IMG/VR virus record: IMGVR_UViG_3300042914_002334
Span: 32,001 to 96,000 of that record
Origin: a virus
Length of the DNA: 64,000 bases
Strand: one strand, 5' to 3'
A program made the position numbers and the translations under genes. Positions 21,092 to 31,624 of the stretch are shown one piece after another. How positions within the stretch are numbered: the first letter of the stretch is position 1; each line of letters begins with the position of its first letter. The notes beneath the pieces were generated by a model, which worked only from the letters and a program-made list of their open reading frames with translations, was not told the DNA's origin and made no database searches.

Positions 21092-21378
21092 GAACGAAGC
21101 GCCTGTATAGTAAGAATGTGTGCTATTTTTTGTCCAATATCTTCTTTGTCAGTGATTATATACAATTTCGTGACAGATTCGTCGGTCGTTCTGTTATAAG
21201 TGCTGAAGTGCAATACATAACCACCTTCTGCGTGATGTAGACAGAAGTTAAACGGGTTAGATGAACTAATTACATTCGGTTGTTCGCCTTCATATTCCAA
21301 AATTGGTCTTATTTTATGTTTCTTTGATTTTGTATTCCAATGAAATGAAGAGAATACATTTTTTATTGTGTTAAACAT
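21088..21378 (-). CDS. Hypothetical protein
   Basis: 96-aa ORF coupled to both neighbours. Confidence 0.6.
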   Translation of the reverse strand: MFNTIKNVFSSFHWNTKSKKHKIRPILEYEGEQPNVISSSNPFNFCLHHAEGGYVLHFSTYNRTTDESVTKLYIITDKEDIGQKIAHILTIQALRS

Positions 21379-21737
21379 TATATTACCTTGTCACTGAGTG
21401 TGTCATCAATTACGGGCGTGTCACTAACTAACATGATGTCTTTTACATCAACACGACGAACGGTGTGAATACCAGTGTCGTCCTGAATTTGTATTCCTCT
21501 TGTCCAGCGACCGTGCTCTATCAAAATCCATTGTCCAATTTTTACGTCCCGCTGATCTGGGCCGATAGCATACACTTCTGCCCAACGAGGTCTGATGCCG
21601 CTGTTTTTGGCATCGTCGCTAACCAATACGATTCCAGAACTGGTGGTTCGTTCTTGAAAGTTCATATCTTTTACGATAACTGCATCACGCAGTGGTTTGA
21701 GACTTTTTATTTTGTTTGGTTCGTAACTGTGTTTCAT
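21378..21737 (-). CDS. groES: GroES-like co-chaperonin
   Basis: LKPLRDAVIV, TTSSGIVL mobile loop, VYAIGP, VKIGQ. Confidence 0.85.
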   Translation of the reverse strand: MKHSYEPNKIKSLKPLRDAVIVKDMNFQERTTSSGIVLVSDDAKNSGIRPRWAEVYAIGPDQRDVKIGQWILIEHGRWTRGIQIQDDTGIHTVRRVDVKDIMLVSDTPVIDDTLSDKVI

Positions 21738-21738
21738 A

Positions 21739-22128
21739 TTATTTTTTCACTGGTTGTTCATCAAATTCATTAAACTGATTCATTTCTTCGTGAGACAAGT
21801 CTGGTTGCGGAGTCTTTGTCTTTTTTGTCTTAGTTATCTTTGTTGTTTCAGCAACCACTGTCGGCTGAACTACTTTTTCAGCGGGAACTGGTACGCTTCC
21901 TGGTGCAGGCGCAGTTCCATTGCCACTGGCTCCTGGGTTAGCAGTAGTATTTGCGTAAATACGATTTACTCGTTTGGTAACATCACTGATTATTTGATCG
22001 TTGCTGTCAATAACATCTCCTCTGGCATTTACATTCATATTACCAATAGCACGAGTTTTTTCATTCTTTAGAATCAAACTTGCCATATCAAGTGATTTGC
22101 CCATTGCTGTTTTGTAATGTCTACTCAT
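21739..22128 (-). CDS. Hypothetical protein
   Basis: Strong AGGAG SD; GNMNVNARGD motif. Confidence 0.65.
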   Translation of the reverse strand: MSRHYKTAMGKSLDMASLILKNEKTRAIGNMNVNARGDVIDSNDQIISDVTKRVNRIYANTTANPGASGNGTAPAPGSVPVPAEKVVQPTVVAETTKITKTKKTKTPQPDLSHEEMNQFNEFDEQPVKK

Positions 22129-22166
22129 TATTATTTCTCCTATTTTGTTGTGAATATATTTGCGGC

Positions 22167-22673
22167 TTATTTAAGAAAGTCGGAAATAGCCAGGTCAAAG
22201 TAGATACTATTTATACGATGTATTCCGATCAAGTATAAAACATAACTGGCAACACTACTTCCACGGCCTACTCCCCATACGATGTTGTTTTTTCTCATTA
22301 CATCTACCAGATATTTTAGATATTGAAGTAATGGAAATGCGTTTCTGTCGAGATATAGAAGTAGTTCCTTGCCGACTCTGTCACGCTCAACATCAGTAGT
22401 GCATTGATTTAGCAACCATTCTGCGATATCTAAGTTTTTATATTCTTCTGGCATATGCCAATTAGATTGACATCTTTCATCAAATTCTGACTCAGATAAT
22501 TGCTCTGAGTGATATCGTATCAGTTCGGGAATATTGTCAATATTTAATTCTTTAGATATGTTTGGAACGAAATCCATCAAGCACTTTTTTAGTTTAGAGT
22601 CGGAATTGACCATCAATTGGTTGATGATATCAGATTCACTAAGTATAATTTGTCCGTATGCGTCTATCTTCAT
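22167..22673 (-). CDS. DnaE (family C polymerase) fragment, N-terminal part of the palm
   Basis: RVGKEL...NNIVWGVGRGSSVASYVLYLIGIHRINSIYFDL matches the DnaE GPGRGS region. Start set at ATG 22673. Confidence 0.85.
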   Translation of the reverse strand: MKIDAYGQIILSESDIINQLMVNSDSKLKKCLMDFVPNISKELNIDNIPELIRYHSEQLSESEFDERCQSNWHMPEEYKNLDIAEWLLNQCTTDVERDRVGKELLLYLDRNAFPLLQYLKYLVDVMRKNNIVWGVGRGSSVASYVLYLIGIHRINSIYFDLAISDFLK

Positions 22674-22718
22674 AGAGATAGTATATAGAACAGATAACAA
22701 ATATTCAATTGATTTTGG

Positions 22719-22952
22719 TCAATTGATATCTATTTTAGACTTTAAGTTGTCCTGTTTTTTGTTGAACAGTTCGGCTTGTCTCTTGCTGTATTCCTGTTTG
22801 TAAGAATTCAATACCATAATCAATTGATTCATCATGGCTTGATTGTGCATGCGACTTGCAAATGAAACTTTATTGCCTAAATTGGTGATCGTGGTTTGTA
22901 ATTCTTCCAAACTTTTTTCTGAAAGATCGCCTACTAATGGATGTGTAATCAT
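22719..22952 (-). CDS. Hypothetical coiled-coil protein
   Basis: 77-aa ORF in operon position. Confidence 0.6.
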   Translation of the reverse strand: MITHPLVGDLSEKSLEELQTTITNLGNKVSFASRMHNQAMMNQLIMVLNSYKQEYSKRQAELFNKKQDNLKSKIDIN

Positions 22953-22954
22953 AA

Positions 22955-23416
22955 TTAAAACGATATGCTACTAATTTCTATTGTTTGCGGTGATGGCAAT
23001 AAAGACGGTCTGGTAGGCCAGACAACCGACTCTGGAAATGTAGATTGATCAGTAATGTCCAATAATTGCTGTCTGTAATTTTGCAGTTCATTTTTTTGTT
23101 CATCAGTAAAAGATGCCCAACGCATTGGATTCATAACGAGATTATCTAATTCTACCAAATATCCATTTCTTATATTTCTAATGCGAGAGGCTTTTTCTTC
23201 GTTCGTCGGGTCAACAATAGGAATAGGTTCAAATGCCTCTATTTCTCCAAACTCGTTATTTACTATTCTATTGAATATTTCTTTTCCGTGTTCCTCGTTG
23301 TCATATTTATAAGCAACAAAAGGAACTTCTCCAAGTTGATCAAAGTTTACCAAGCAACTAATATATTCACCAGATGCGTCTAAGTATTTGGGATTTTTTA
23401 TCGTTGTATATTTCAT
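22955..23416 (-). CDS. Tail fibre assembly chaperone
   Basis: IRNIRNGYL...YRQQLLDITDQSTFPESVVWPTRP; directly follows the fibre gene. Confidence 0.85.
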   Translation of the reverse strand: MKYTTIKNPKYLDASGEYISCLVNFDQLGEVPFVAYKYDNEEHGKEIFNRIVNNEFGEIEAFEPIPIVDPTNEEKASRIRNIRNGYLVELDNLVMNPMRWASFTDEQKNELQNYRQQLLDITDQSTFPESVVWPTRPSLLPSPQTIEISSISF

Positions 23417-23430
23417 GTCTTATTCTCTAT

Positions 23431-26400
23431 TTAAGCTACTCTAATCGCCAAATATACAATGTATGGCATAATTACAACGCCGGAACTTGCTCCAGCAGAA
23501 ACAACAGTATTATTTACAAAATCAACCACTATGTCGGTGGTTCCTACCGCACCACTCATTATTTTCCATGTTCCGGATAGTTGATGTGTTGACTTTATAA
23601 ATGGTGAAGTAGTATTTTTTGGGTATACCGCAAACTGATTCTCACCAAGGGTAAGATTTAGCGTTGGGGATTCAAATAACACGCCGAAAGAAGTTATCGT
23701 GCCTCCGCGTGTCCATCCATTGGCAGCAGTAACGAGAGTATTAGTGGCTACTTGTTGTGATCCAACTATCATTGAGTAAGCACCTACTGACGTCGATTCA
23801 ATCTGAGATACTGGGGTGTATCCTCCGCTAACTGAACCGACATCATTATCAGTTAAAATTCTTGTCCAAGGTGACCAAGTAGTCTTGTCTTCTGTATCGT
23901 CATTAGTTCTAAAATACACACCAGTTGGAGTTCCACCATTGTCATCCCAATTGAATGCCAATTGCGAAGAGTATACTCGATTTAGACCATCAGACTGACC
24001 ACTTATTGTGATTCCAGAGAAATAATTTCCCGGGAAGTCAGAAGAAGAATAAGCAACAAATCCTCTTATATTGTATTCTGGGAAAAAACTCGGCGTTGGA
24101 CTCGGAGATGCCAATTGAAACAAATCAAATCCAGTAGTCGGACGCGCTGATATCCAATTTACTCCATTCCAAGCAATAATATGTCCTGGTTGTTTGTTTG
24201 TAGTGCTTACATTTAGTAATTCATCCAACGTGTCTCTTTGTCTGATAATATAATCGGTCTGACTTAATATGCTTGTCTGATTAGTTACCATTTTAGATGC
24301 CAACACTCTTTCAAACGAGTTAGGCAACGCGATGTCACTTACTCTTATACCAACTGAATTTCTTGATTCTGGATTCTTAACCAGATAAATGTAATTTGTA
24401 GCATTTGGATTTAACTGAACTGTTTGTGTTGGAACACTGGTGTAATATCCACCTATAAACAGCGGATAATCAACGGTGTATGCAACTAAACCGGTTGTGC
24501 TTTCTGTGCTCAAATAAATCTGATGTCTGGGCGCGGTAGCATTGAACCATTGATCCTCGGTCAATTCTGCGCCCACACCTCTTATATCTTTAGACGAAAT
24601 AAAAACCATTCCAACATAGGCTATTATAGAAGATGCACGATAGTATCCAAGCGTAGTGCTATAACCGAAAGTGCTTCCTGGCCATTGGAACACCGATTTG
24701 TAACCACCTTCTCCCGTTGATTGCGAAGAGAATCGTGTTACGTCGCCAGTGACTACCGCAGCAGAATTTACGTCATAAGATGCCCAGTAGAAAGTTCTTC
24801 CGCCAATAGTAGAAATTGAGAAATTAAATAGTATTCGTCCGTTATTACTCCATACTGGATGTCCAGAATCTAACGCAAGAAATATTTGATTTTCCTGATC
24901 GTTTCTGTTTTGTTTTCCAGCATCTATTTCTGTTTGTAATATATTTGCAGTAGTCAGTGACCAAGCAGAGTTTTGATATCTTGCCATATACACCAGACCA
25001 CTTGAATCTCTTACCGTTGCATATAGTATTGGAGTTGATGTATTTCCATTCCACAAAGTAATACCTACTACGGTTACTCCAGTTTTTCCATCAAGCGTTG
25101 CAGAAACCGCAGGAAACTGAACACCGGTGTCAGTATAAGTTCTTACGTTATTACTTGATGCAGTTATCGTGTATATGTTAAATCCAGGTCTTGACCAGTA
25201 ATATATTGGCGTTGTCCCAGACACAGTAATACCAAATGCGCCCGGAGTCTGATTATCTTTAATAAATTGTGGTGCACCATTAAATGAGTCTACTGTAGAG
25301 GTGGTCGGATCAAGTTTAAAGGTATCATTTGTTTGACCCAGCGCAACTGAACTAAATTCTGTGGTGCTGAATGACGCTTGAATCACTTTCTGACCATATC
25401 TTGTTGATTCACCAGCAAAAAGAATATTGTTGTCGATTATATGTGCAAACTGACTATATACACCCTTAGACCACATTGATCCGTCGGGAATGTATTCTAC
25501 GGCCTTTGTATATTTAGATTCGTTGTTGTTACCAAATGTCTTATATACATATGCATTGCTATAAGACAATCTGTAGATCGTTGCTGCAACAATTGTTGTC
25601 CCGGTGCTGCGAACAGAGTAGTATATATTGCCTTCGTATTCGTCAGTGACTAATGTTGAAACAATACCAGCGCCACCTATAGTGTCACTCATTCCACCAG
25701 TATCAGTGTTCCAAGTGCTGTCTTTTAGTAAGTTGTAGCGGAATGTTCCAGATTTTTGCGGTATCAAAGAAGAAACTGTTCCTGTGCCATTTTCTATCCA
25801 TGTTTTTGGAATAGCCCATGACAAATCCAATGCAACCGAGGCCCCGACATTGTTTCCGCTGTTGTTTTGATAAACATACCATATAGGGAATTGCTGGTGA
25901 AATGTTTGCGTAAATGGATTCCAAGTAAATGAAATATATCCATATGGAGCATAACTTAGTAAAGGGACACTCGATGGCGCTACTCTTCCCTGTCCTGTGG
26001 TATCGGAAGTGTTGAGCATTGCTGCACTATCATACAACACTTGCGTTCTTTGTTGAACTAATAGATTATTGTAGACCGTCAACACGACTTGAGAACTGTC
26101 CGATGCCACCGTAGAGGCTATTATTCTGTCGCCGCTTGAGGTTGGAACTAACGCAAAGTTTGTTCTTCCATTTGCATATTGAGTAACATCGTTTGCAAAA
26201 GTCCAGTCTGCTGGATTAGAAGAACCGTATGTTTTTGCAATTACAATTCGAGTTTGATTCTGTGGATAAGCAATAGTTGCAACTCTTAATGTGACAAAAT
26301 ATGTTCCAAGATTAAGTATGTCGCTGACTTTTTCGGTGGAAGACAAAAAGTTCGGTCTGACCAAGTTATTATCGTATACGAATGGTTTTGTAATGTCATA

Positions 26401-27516
26401 TCTATACGCTCTGGCGACTGATCTGTTTCCTGTAGGTGTATCTACTGAAAAATACAATACCTGTTTTGATTCGCGATCAATAAAGGTAAATGCCATAGAA
26501 GACCACGCGCCCTGAGAGAACGGGAAACTTCCATATATAGGAACAATATTGTCTTTTAGATATCCGGCATACGGAGAGAAGTTCAAATAGTCGCTTGTAT
26601 CTACATACTCTTTAGTTGCGCCGTCTGTTATTCCGTATCCTGCTATTGTTGTTGGCTTGCTTGATATGTCAGCGAAAGGAATAGTAGCAGATGCGGTAAA
26701 GGGCGCGGTTCCGGCACCTTTAACATATCCAGTAAGTGTTGATGCTCCAGTTCCGCCGTTTGTTACCGCTAATGTTCCACCAACAGTAAAAGTTCCGGAT
26801 GCTATTATTGGACCTCCGCTAAATGTCAGTCCGGTTGTACCCGGGTTTATTTGAATATAGGTAACGGTTCCGTTGTTTATCGTGCTTAGATTTGAATTTC
26901 CATCTATTTGTAGTCCATTACCAACTTTTATTCCACCCAATACTGTAGCAGATGCAACAGGGAACTCTCCATATTCCAAGTCAGTTCCTGCAACATTTAC
27001 TCTAAGATATGTTCCGGATGGACCAACTGAACTCTTTCCAGTTCCTCCATTGGCAATTGGCAATACTCCACTTACATCAGTTTCTAACGCAACTTTAGCA
27101 AGCGTGATGTTTGCTCCGTCACTACGAAGAACGGTATTTGGAGTTAGCGTGTTTGCTGCTAACGCATTTATTGCATCTTGTCTTGTTGATTTTCCAGTTC
27201 CACCCTTAGATATTGATAGAGGCGCAGATGATTCTCCAACAGAAAGAGTTCCAAACTCGTCAATTTCAAGTCCTGAACCGACTCTTATTACTCCAACGGC
27301 TGTCGTTGTCGCTATTGGAACTAATTCCCCAGAAATACTCTCGCTTGTAATAATTTCTGTGTTTCCGGGGGTTAGATTATTCTCAGTAGGTTCATTTCCT
27401 ATGTATAATTTTTTCTCGTCATACGCCCAACCCAATTCTCCAGAATCAAGTTGAGGGACTCCATCTGATGCGCTTCCTTTTCTGTTGATAATTTTACTTA
27501 TCTGAACTACTGCCAT
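23431..27516 (-). CDS. Long tail fibre / receptor-binding protein
   Basis: MAVVQISKI..PQLDSGELGWAYDEKKLYIGN anchor, GGTG modules, large beta-rich head. GGAG SD supports ATG 27516. Confidence 0.85.
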   Translation of the reverse strand: MAVVQISKIINRKGSASDGVPQLDSGELGWAYDEKKLYIGNEPTENNLTPGNTEIITSESISGELVPIATTTAVGVIRVGSGLEIDEFGTLSVGESSAPLSISKGGTGKSTRQDAINALAANTLTPNTVLRSDGANITLAKVALETDVSGVLPIANGGTGKSSVGPSGTYLRVNVAGTDLEYGEFPVASATVLGGIKVGNGLQIDGNSNLSTINNGTVTYIQINPGTTGLTFSGGPIIASGTFTVGGTLAVTNGGTGASTLTGYVKGAGTAPFTASATIPFADISSKPTTIAGYGITDGATKEYVDTSDYLNFSPYAGYLKDNIVPIYGSFPFSQGAWSSMAFTFIDRESKQVLYFSVDTPTGNRSVARAYRYDITKPFVYDNNLVRPNFLSSTEKVSDILNLGTYFVTLRVATIAYPQNQTRIVIAKTYGSSNPADWTFANDVTQYANGRTNFALVPTSSGDRIIASTVASDSSQVVLTVYNNLLVQQRTQVLYDSAAMLNTSDTTGQGRVAPSSVPLLSYAPYGYISFTWNPFTQTFHQQFPIWYVYQNNSGNNVGASVALDLSWAIPKTWIENGTGTVSSLIPQKSGTFRYNLLKDSTWNTDTGGMSDTIGGAGIVSTLVTDEYEGNIYYSVRSTGTTIVAATIYRLSYSNAYVYKTFGNNNESKYTKAVEYIPDGSMWSKGVYSQFAHIIDNNILFAGESTRYGQKVIQASFSTTEFSSVALGQTNDTFKLDPTTSTVDSFNGAPQFIKDNQTPGAFGITVSGTTPIYYWSRPGFNIYTITASSNNVRTYTDTGVQFPAVSATLDGKTGVTVVGITLWNGNTSTPILYATVRDSSGLVYMARYQNSAWSLTTANILQTEIDAGKQNRNDQENQIFLALDSGHPVWSNNGRILFNFSISTIGGRTFYWASYDVNSAAVVTGDVTRFSSQSTGEGGYKSVFQWPGSTFGYSTTLGYYRASSIIAYVGMVFISSKDIRGVGAELTEDQWFNATAPRHQIYLSTESTTGLVAYTVDYPLFIGGYYTSVPTQTVQLNPNATNYIYLVKNPESRNSVGIRVSDIALPNSFERVLASKMVTNQTSILSQTDYIIRQRDTLDELLNVSTTNKQPGHIIAWNGVNWISARPTTGFDLFQLASPSPTPSFFPEYNIRGFVAYSSSDFPGNYFSGITISGQSDGLNRVYSSQLAFNWDDNGGTPTGVYFRTNDDTEDKTTWSPWTRILTDNDVGSVSGGYTPVSQIESTSVGAYSMIVGSQQVATNTLVTAANGWTRGGTITSFGVLFESPTLNLTLGENQFAVYPKNTTSPFIKSTHQLSGTWKIMSGAVGTTDIVVDFVNNTVVSAGASSGVVIMPYIVYLAIRVA

Positions 27517-27615
27517 AAATTGCTCCAAATCTATTTAGATTGAACTGTTATCGCATCTACTATTTTAGATAGTAGATGAACTATTATGTATTTATTCAGG
27601 CAGGAATAATTATCT

Positions 27616-28332
27616 CTATGCGTGTTTTAGATAGTATTGCTCTACTCTGCGCCACCACATATCACGATACTTAGAATATTCTGACCCTTCGAGAATAAAT
27701 TCTTGATACTCTGGGTCTTTGACAATTATTCCTCTATCATTTACCTCAGGCTTCACGCACATCATTACAACACCGCGATTTATGTTTGTATTATGTATCT
27801 CATTGTGAGCCTCGGCATAAGCACACAATTGAATAAAGTAGTCATCAATCCATTCTCGCTTTTTTGGCTTGTTTGTCTGCTTAAAGTCAATGATGCTTTC
27901 TTGATTTGTGTGAATACCTGCACAATCAGTTGTTCCAGCATATATCTTAGGGAAATATAAAGGAACTTCTATGCCCCAAAACTCATTGCAGTTTATCAAT
28001 CCGCTATTGATAACTACTCCTGCCATGTGCCAACTCGGTTGATGAAATGGATTTTTAGGCTTTTCATCAATCTGGCCGTTGCGTATGTAGGTTTCTAAGA
28101 AAGTGTGCATTTTGGTTCCACGATTAGCCGCTTCGGTTGTAATCTGCTGTGCCTTTTCTACCCCAACTCTCTTTTTCCATTCGTTTAGAACTTTAACTTT
28201 TTCTGGAGGTTTAGTAGCATCAAGTATGGTAGTGACGCTTGGAAGATATTCACCGTTGGGATCAACATATCTTCTTTTGCCATCTATCTCTTTTTTGTTT
28301 AGTGGTTTGTAATTGAATTTTGGATTATACAT
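27616..28332 (-). CDS. PD-(D/E)XK (Cas4-like) exonuclease
   Basis: LPSVTTIL, RGTKMH, YAGTTDC, IIDFKQ, QLCAYA. Confidence 0.85.
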   Translation of the reverse strand: MYNPKFNYKPLNKKEIDGKRRYVDPNGEYLPSVTTILDATKPPEKVKVLNEWKKRVGVEKAQQITTEAANRGTKMHTFLETYIRNGQIDEKPKNPFHQPSWHMAGVVINSGLINCNEFWGIEVPLYFPKIYAGTTDCAGIHTNQESIIDFKQTNKPKKREWIDDYFIQLCAYAEAHNEIHNTNINRGVVMMCVKPEVNDRGIIVKDPEYQEFILEGSEYSKYRDMWWRRVEQYYLKHA

Positions 28333-28381
28333 ATAAAAACAGCATAACAAATTGTTATGCTGCGTGTCAAGTAATATGGTA

Positions 28382-28711
28382 TTATTTTTTTAGAGTGCTC
28401 TTTGCCATCTTATCAACTAAGTCGGCTTGTTTCTCACCATCTGGTTCTGATTCGACATCATCTGCGCCCTTAAAAACTATATTGTCTCCATCTACATTCG
28501 CAACAATATTGCTTAGTGGGGGATTCTTTATCATTTTAAGAAACAATTCTTTGTCTACATTTAGACCGCGCTCATTTAGAGCGTTGAGAACAACATCCAA
28601 GTTGATTCTGTTTTTGTAACCTGTATCTTCGGAACGATTTTGATATTGACCTACAACTCCCGTGAGAATGGTAGCGTCAACTGATTCAGGCTCAAATTCG
28701 TATAACTTCAT
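28382..28711 (-). CDS. Hypothetical protein, probably head-associated
   Basis: MKLYEF start; coupled to the upstream gene. Confidence 0.6.
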   Translation of the reverse strand: MKLYEFEPESVDATILTGVVGQYQNRSEDTGYKNRINLDVVLNALNERGLNVDKELFLKMIKNPPLSNIVANVDGDNIVFKGADDVESEPDGEKQADLVDKMAKSTLKK

Positions 28712-29427
28712 TATCTGCGCTCGCGTCCGAGTCCGCTCATACGCTGCTTTGGTTCTTCTTCTGGTTCTTCTGGCAACTCTGGCATTTCTCCGCCCATTTC
28801 TGGTTCTTCCATGCCACCCATGTCGTCCATGCCTTCTGGGCCACCGATGTCACCCATGTCGCCCATTTCTCCAGTAGGCATTCCGCCATCACCAGTTACC
28901 GTATCCAACGCACCATTTAGTCCGTCTTTAGCGGTTTTTAGAGCCTCTTGCAAAGAAGACAATGCTTCTCCCGCAGCACTATTAAATTGCTCGGCTTCGT
29001 TTGCTCCAAATTCGCCAGAATTTTTCATACTTTCTACTACAGCATTCAATTCTTCTACATTCATCTTACTGACTTGTTCTATCATTTTTTGAATGTCGTC
29101 GATCATACTCTTTGCAGCAAGTATTACTTGTGATTTTTGAACTTCTTCGTTTTCTACAACGATTCGAGTTTGTGAGCGTAATTCTTGCAGATGCCCAGAA
29201 AGTGCTTGTTCCATCATTAGTAATTTCATATACGCAGGATTTTTGTGACTGCGATAATTACCAGTTGATGTTTTTGATTCTATAATCAAACCTCTAACTT
29301 TTGTTAGCATGCTTGAAGTTTTTTTGATGTTCATGTTGCTCAAAGATAAGTCGTAATCAAAAGATTCTTTTAGCACTTTAGATGCCAACTTGCTCTTTTT
29401 GTTTTCTTGAAGATCGGTTAAGTTCAT
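28711..29427 (-). CDS. Helical prohead-core-like protein
   Basis: LQE, LKE and VVE sites; acidic Met/Gly tail. Confidence 0.55.
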   Translation of the reverse strand: MNLTDLQENKKSKLASKVLKESFDYDLSLSNMNIKKTSSMLTKVRGLIIESKTSTGNYRSHKNPAYMKLLMMEQALSGHLQELRSQTRIVVENEEVQKSQVILAAKSMIDDIQKMIEQVSKMNVEELNAVVESMKNSGEFGANEAEQFNSAAGEALSSLQEALKTAKDGLNGALDTVTGDGGMPTGEMGDMGDIGGPEGMDDMGGMEEPEMGGEMPELPEEPEEEPKQRMSGLGRERR

Positions 29428-29869
29428 TTTGAAATCCTCGTTCTTGGCATATTTTTGCCATTGTAATGTATTTATCTAATTCTCTCTGAAATGTATTTTG
29501 TCTTAAAATGTCTTGATCATGCTTGGTTGTATATATCATATACTCTTCAAGAGTGCCCTTTCTCATTTTGCTGTGAATCATTCTGTCTACGTTTATACTT
29601 TCCAATTTATGATCCAACTCTAATATTCTTCCGGCTTCATAAAACTTGTTATGTTTGTCCAGTATTGCCCATGCCGTGGCGTTTTTTACTCGATTGAACA
29701 AAAAAGTTTTTTCATCTCCATATCTGAATACTACCACATTATCTTTTTGCTTTGTCAAAACATACTTTTCAAACAACACATATGTGTTATTATTTTCTGG
29801 ATAAATCACACAATTTATCAAAGACGAATTTAGTAGCGTCTTAAAACTGGAAATAAGATTGTCATTCAT
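29378..29869 (-). CDS. Hypothetical protein
   Basis: ORF coupled to neighbours; ATG 29869 chosen as start. Confidence 0.55.
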   Translation of the reverse strand: MNDNLISSFKTLLNSSLINCVIYPENNNTYVLFEKYVLTKQKDNVVVFRYGDEKTFLFNRVKNATAWAILDKHNKFYEAGRILELDHKLESINVDRMIHSKMRKGTLEEYMIYTTKHDQDILRQNTFQRELDKYITMAKICQERGFQNELNRSSRKQKEQVGI

Positions 29870-30308
29870 TGTTGTCAACTTCAAAGTGTATATTTTTATA
29901 TTCTGCTGTGGTATTTAGACGAGATATTAAACTCTTACATTCTTCCAAGTTTGTTATCATTGGAACATCATTGCAGTCTAAAATCAAGTTTCCGAGTTCA
30001 TTTACTCCATCGTCAAATACTCCAGACTGATAAACCGTAAACGAAAAACTCCACATACTTTGATTGTCATAAATGTCTTTGTATTCTGACCCCCATTTCG
30101 TGTCATTCGCTGATATCTTTTGTTTTTTAGAATCAGTAATATTTTCTGGCTGACTTCTCAAACTTATTATTTGTATAACTGTTTCGTAATTGACTTGTTG
30201 ATTTCTTTGCTTGACATACTCTGCCGTGCTTTCCATAGTGTTTGGCTTTCTTCTGCCAATATTGGTTTTTGTTATGTCAAAAAGAGTGTAGCATCTTATT
30301 TTAATCAT
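29862..30308 (-). CDS. Hypothetical late protein
   Basis: MIKIRCYTLFDIT; ATG lies 4 nt after TAAATA. Confidence 0.65.
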   Translation of the reverse strand: MIKIRCYTLFDITKTNIGRRKPNTMESTAEYVKQRNQQVNYETVIQIISLRSQPENITDSKKQKISANDTKWGSEYKDIYDNQSMWSFSFTVYQSGVFDDGVNELGNLILDCNDVPMITNLEECKSLISRLNTTAEYKNIHFEVDNNE

Positions 30309-30327
30309 AGAGTATTTACTGGATAAT

Positions 30328-30357
30328 AAAAAACCCAGGAATAAATCCTGGGTTTTT
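30328..30357 (-). terminator. Intrinsic terminator
   Basis: aaaaacccagga...tcctgggttttt stem. Confidence 0.8.
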
Positions 30358-30375
30358 GTTTTCTTCAAACAGTAA

Positions 30376-30765
30376 TTATGCTAAGCCGCCCAATGTGACT
30401 GTTGCACCAGACAAGTCATATGTGTTGACTGTTCCAAGTGCGCGAACTGCTGTTTGCAATGCAGCGGCAGCATCGCCACCTGTTGGATACATAGCAACAC
30501 GATATGTGCCATCGTTGTTGAACTGATACATATGTAGTGTGCTCATTTGTGTCATTACACGCAATACAGCCTCGACTGCGCCGCCAGGACCGAATTGTGA
30601 CTGAACGCCAGTACCACCCAAATCGCCAACATAGAAGTCCAACTTTGGACCCTGTGGTTGAATTGGAATACCAGCGGAACCAGTTGTTGTTCCGTTTACA
30701 TATGCGCCTACATCATATACGGCTACGCCACTTGCATCACCGTTAGTTCTTGTAAAACCTGCCAT
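30376..30765 (-). CDS. Probable abundant virion (capsid decoration-like) protein
   Basis: Own late promoter, TAAGGAG SD and terminator; small Gly/Ala/Thr-rich protein. Confidence 0.55.
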   Translation of the reverse strand: MAGFTRTNGDASGVAVYDVGAYVNGTTTGSAGIPIQPQGPKLDFYVGDLGGTGVQSQFGPGGAVEAVLRVMTQMSTLHMYQFNNDGTYRVAMYPTGGDAAAALQTAVRALGTVNTYDLSGATVTLGGLA

Positions 30766-30844
30766 TTTTAAATCTCCTTAATGTTGTGAGGTTAGTTTCC
30801 TCTACAATTATTTATCACTTTGTCAAAAAAACAAGCAATTAGGA

Positions 30845-31624
30845 TTATATTTGGTGTTCTATTCCGTAATACTTATAGTATCCCGCGTTCAGATATTTGA
30901 TAGTATCAATATCAGAAACTTGAAGTGGCTTAGTGGCGTCGGTAACATCAATCCACTTATCCTCAGTGAAGTTGAACTCGAATGTTCTATTTTGAGTTAT
31001 CAGTGTCGGTTTGTCTGGAATCGGTTTGCCTACTCCAGAACCAGTTGTTGGAATAATGCTTCCGTTGGTTGTCTTGTATGCATTCCAGGATGCCTCTGTT
31101 GGCTCAGAGTTAAGTGCCTTTGCAGATGGAGGGGCCGGCGCTGGCTCAGGACTAGTTGCTCGTTCTTCATTGTATATTGCCCAATATTGATTAGCCAACA
31201 TGTCAGATAATTGACGAGTTAGTCTTTTAGTTGTTCTGTATTGACTACCAAATCGTGTTATAACAGAGTCTAATTCAGTTTCTTGTTCTGGACTGAGTGT
31301 TGCAACTACATTTGCTTCCTTTTTTAGCATATTCAGAATAAATGATTTTACTGCAAACTCTACCGTTCCAGCAGTAAACGCTTCTTTAAGAATTTTTGCT
31401 TCTAATATTGACTCAAAGTGATGATAGTCGGTGAATTCTGTTAGATTTGGTTTTGATCTTAAATATCTATCCAACTCAGCGAAGAACTTGTCATAAAACA
31501 TTTTCTCTGCCATTTCAGAATCTCTTCTTTGAAATGCCAATCGTTGCTGCATGCCACCTAATACGCCGCTGCGTTTAATGGCATCAACAAAACTGCCTTC
31601 ATTGAGAAATTCTTTGCTCTTCAT
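30845..31624 (-). CDS. Probable head-internal protein
   Basis: MKSKEFLNEG leader; ILEAKILKEA sites. Confidence 0.55.
   Translation of the reverse strand: MKSKEFLNEGSFVDAIKRSGVLGGMQQRLAFQRRDSEMAEKMFYDKFFAELDRYLRSKPNLTEFTDYHHFESILEAKILKEAFTAGTVEFAVKSFILNMLKKEANVVATLSPEQETELDSVITRFGSQYRTTKRLTRQLSDMLANQYWAIYNEERATSPEPAPAPPSAKALNSEPTEASWNAYKTTNGSIIPTTGSGVGKPIPDKPTLITQNRTFEFNFTEDKWIDVTDATKPLQVSDIDTIKYLNAGYYKYYGIEHQI

Noticed and set aside
27616-28332. CRISPR-associated Cas4
   Set aside because: No Fe-S cysteine set and no CRISPR context; it is a common phage exonuclease type.
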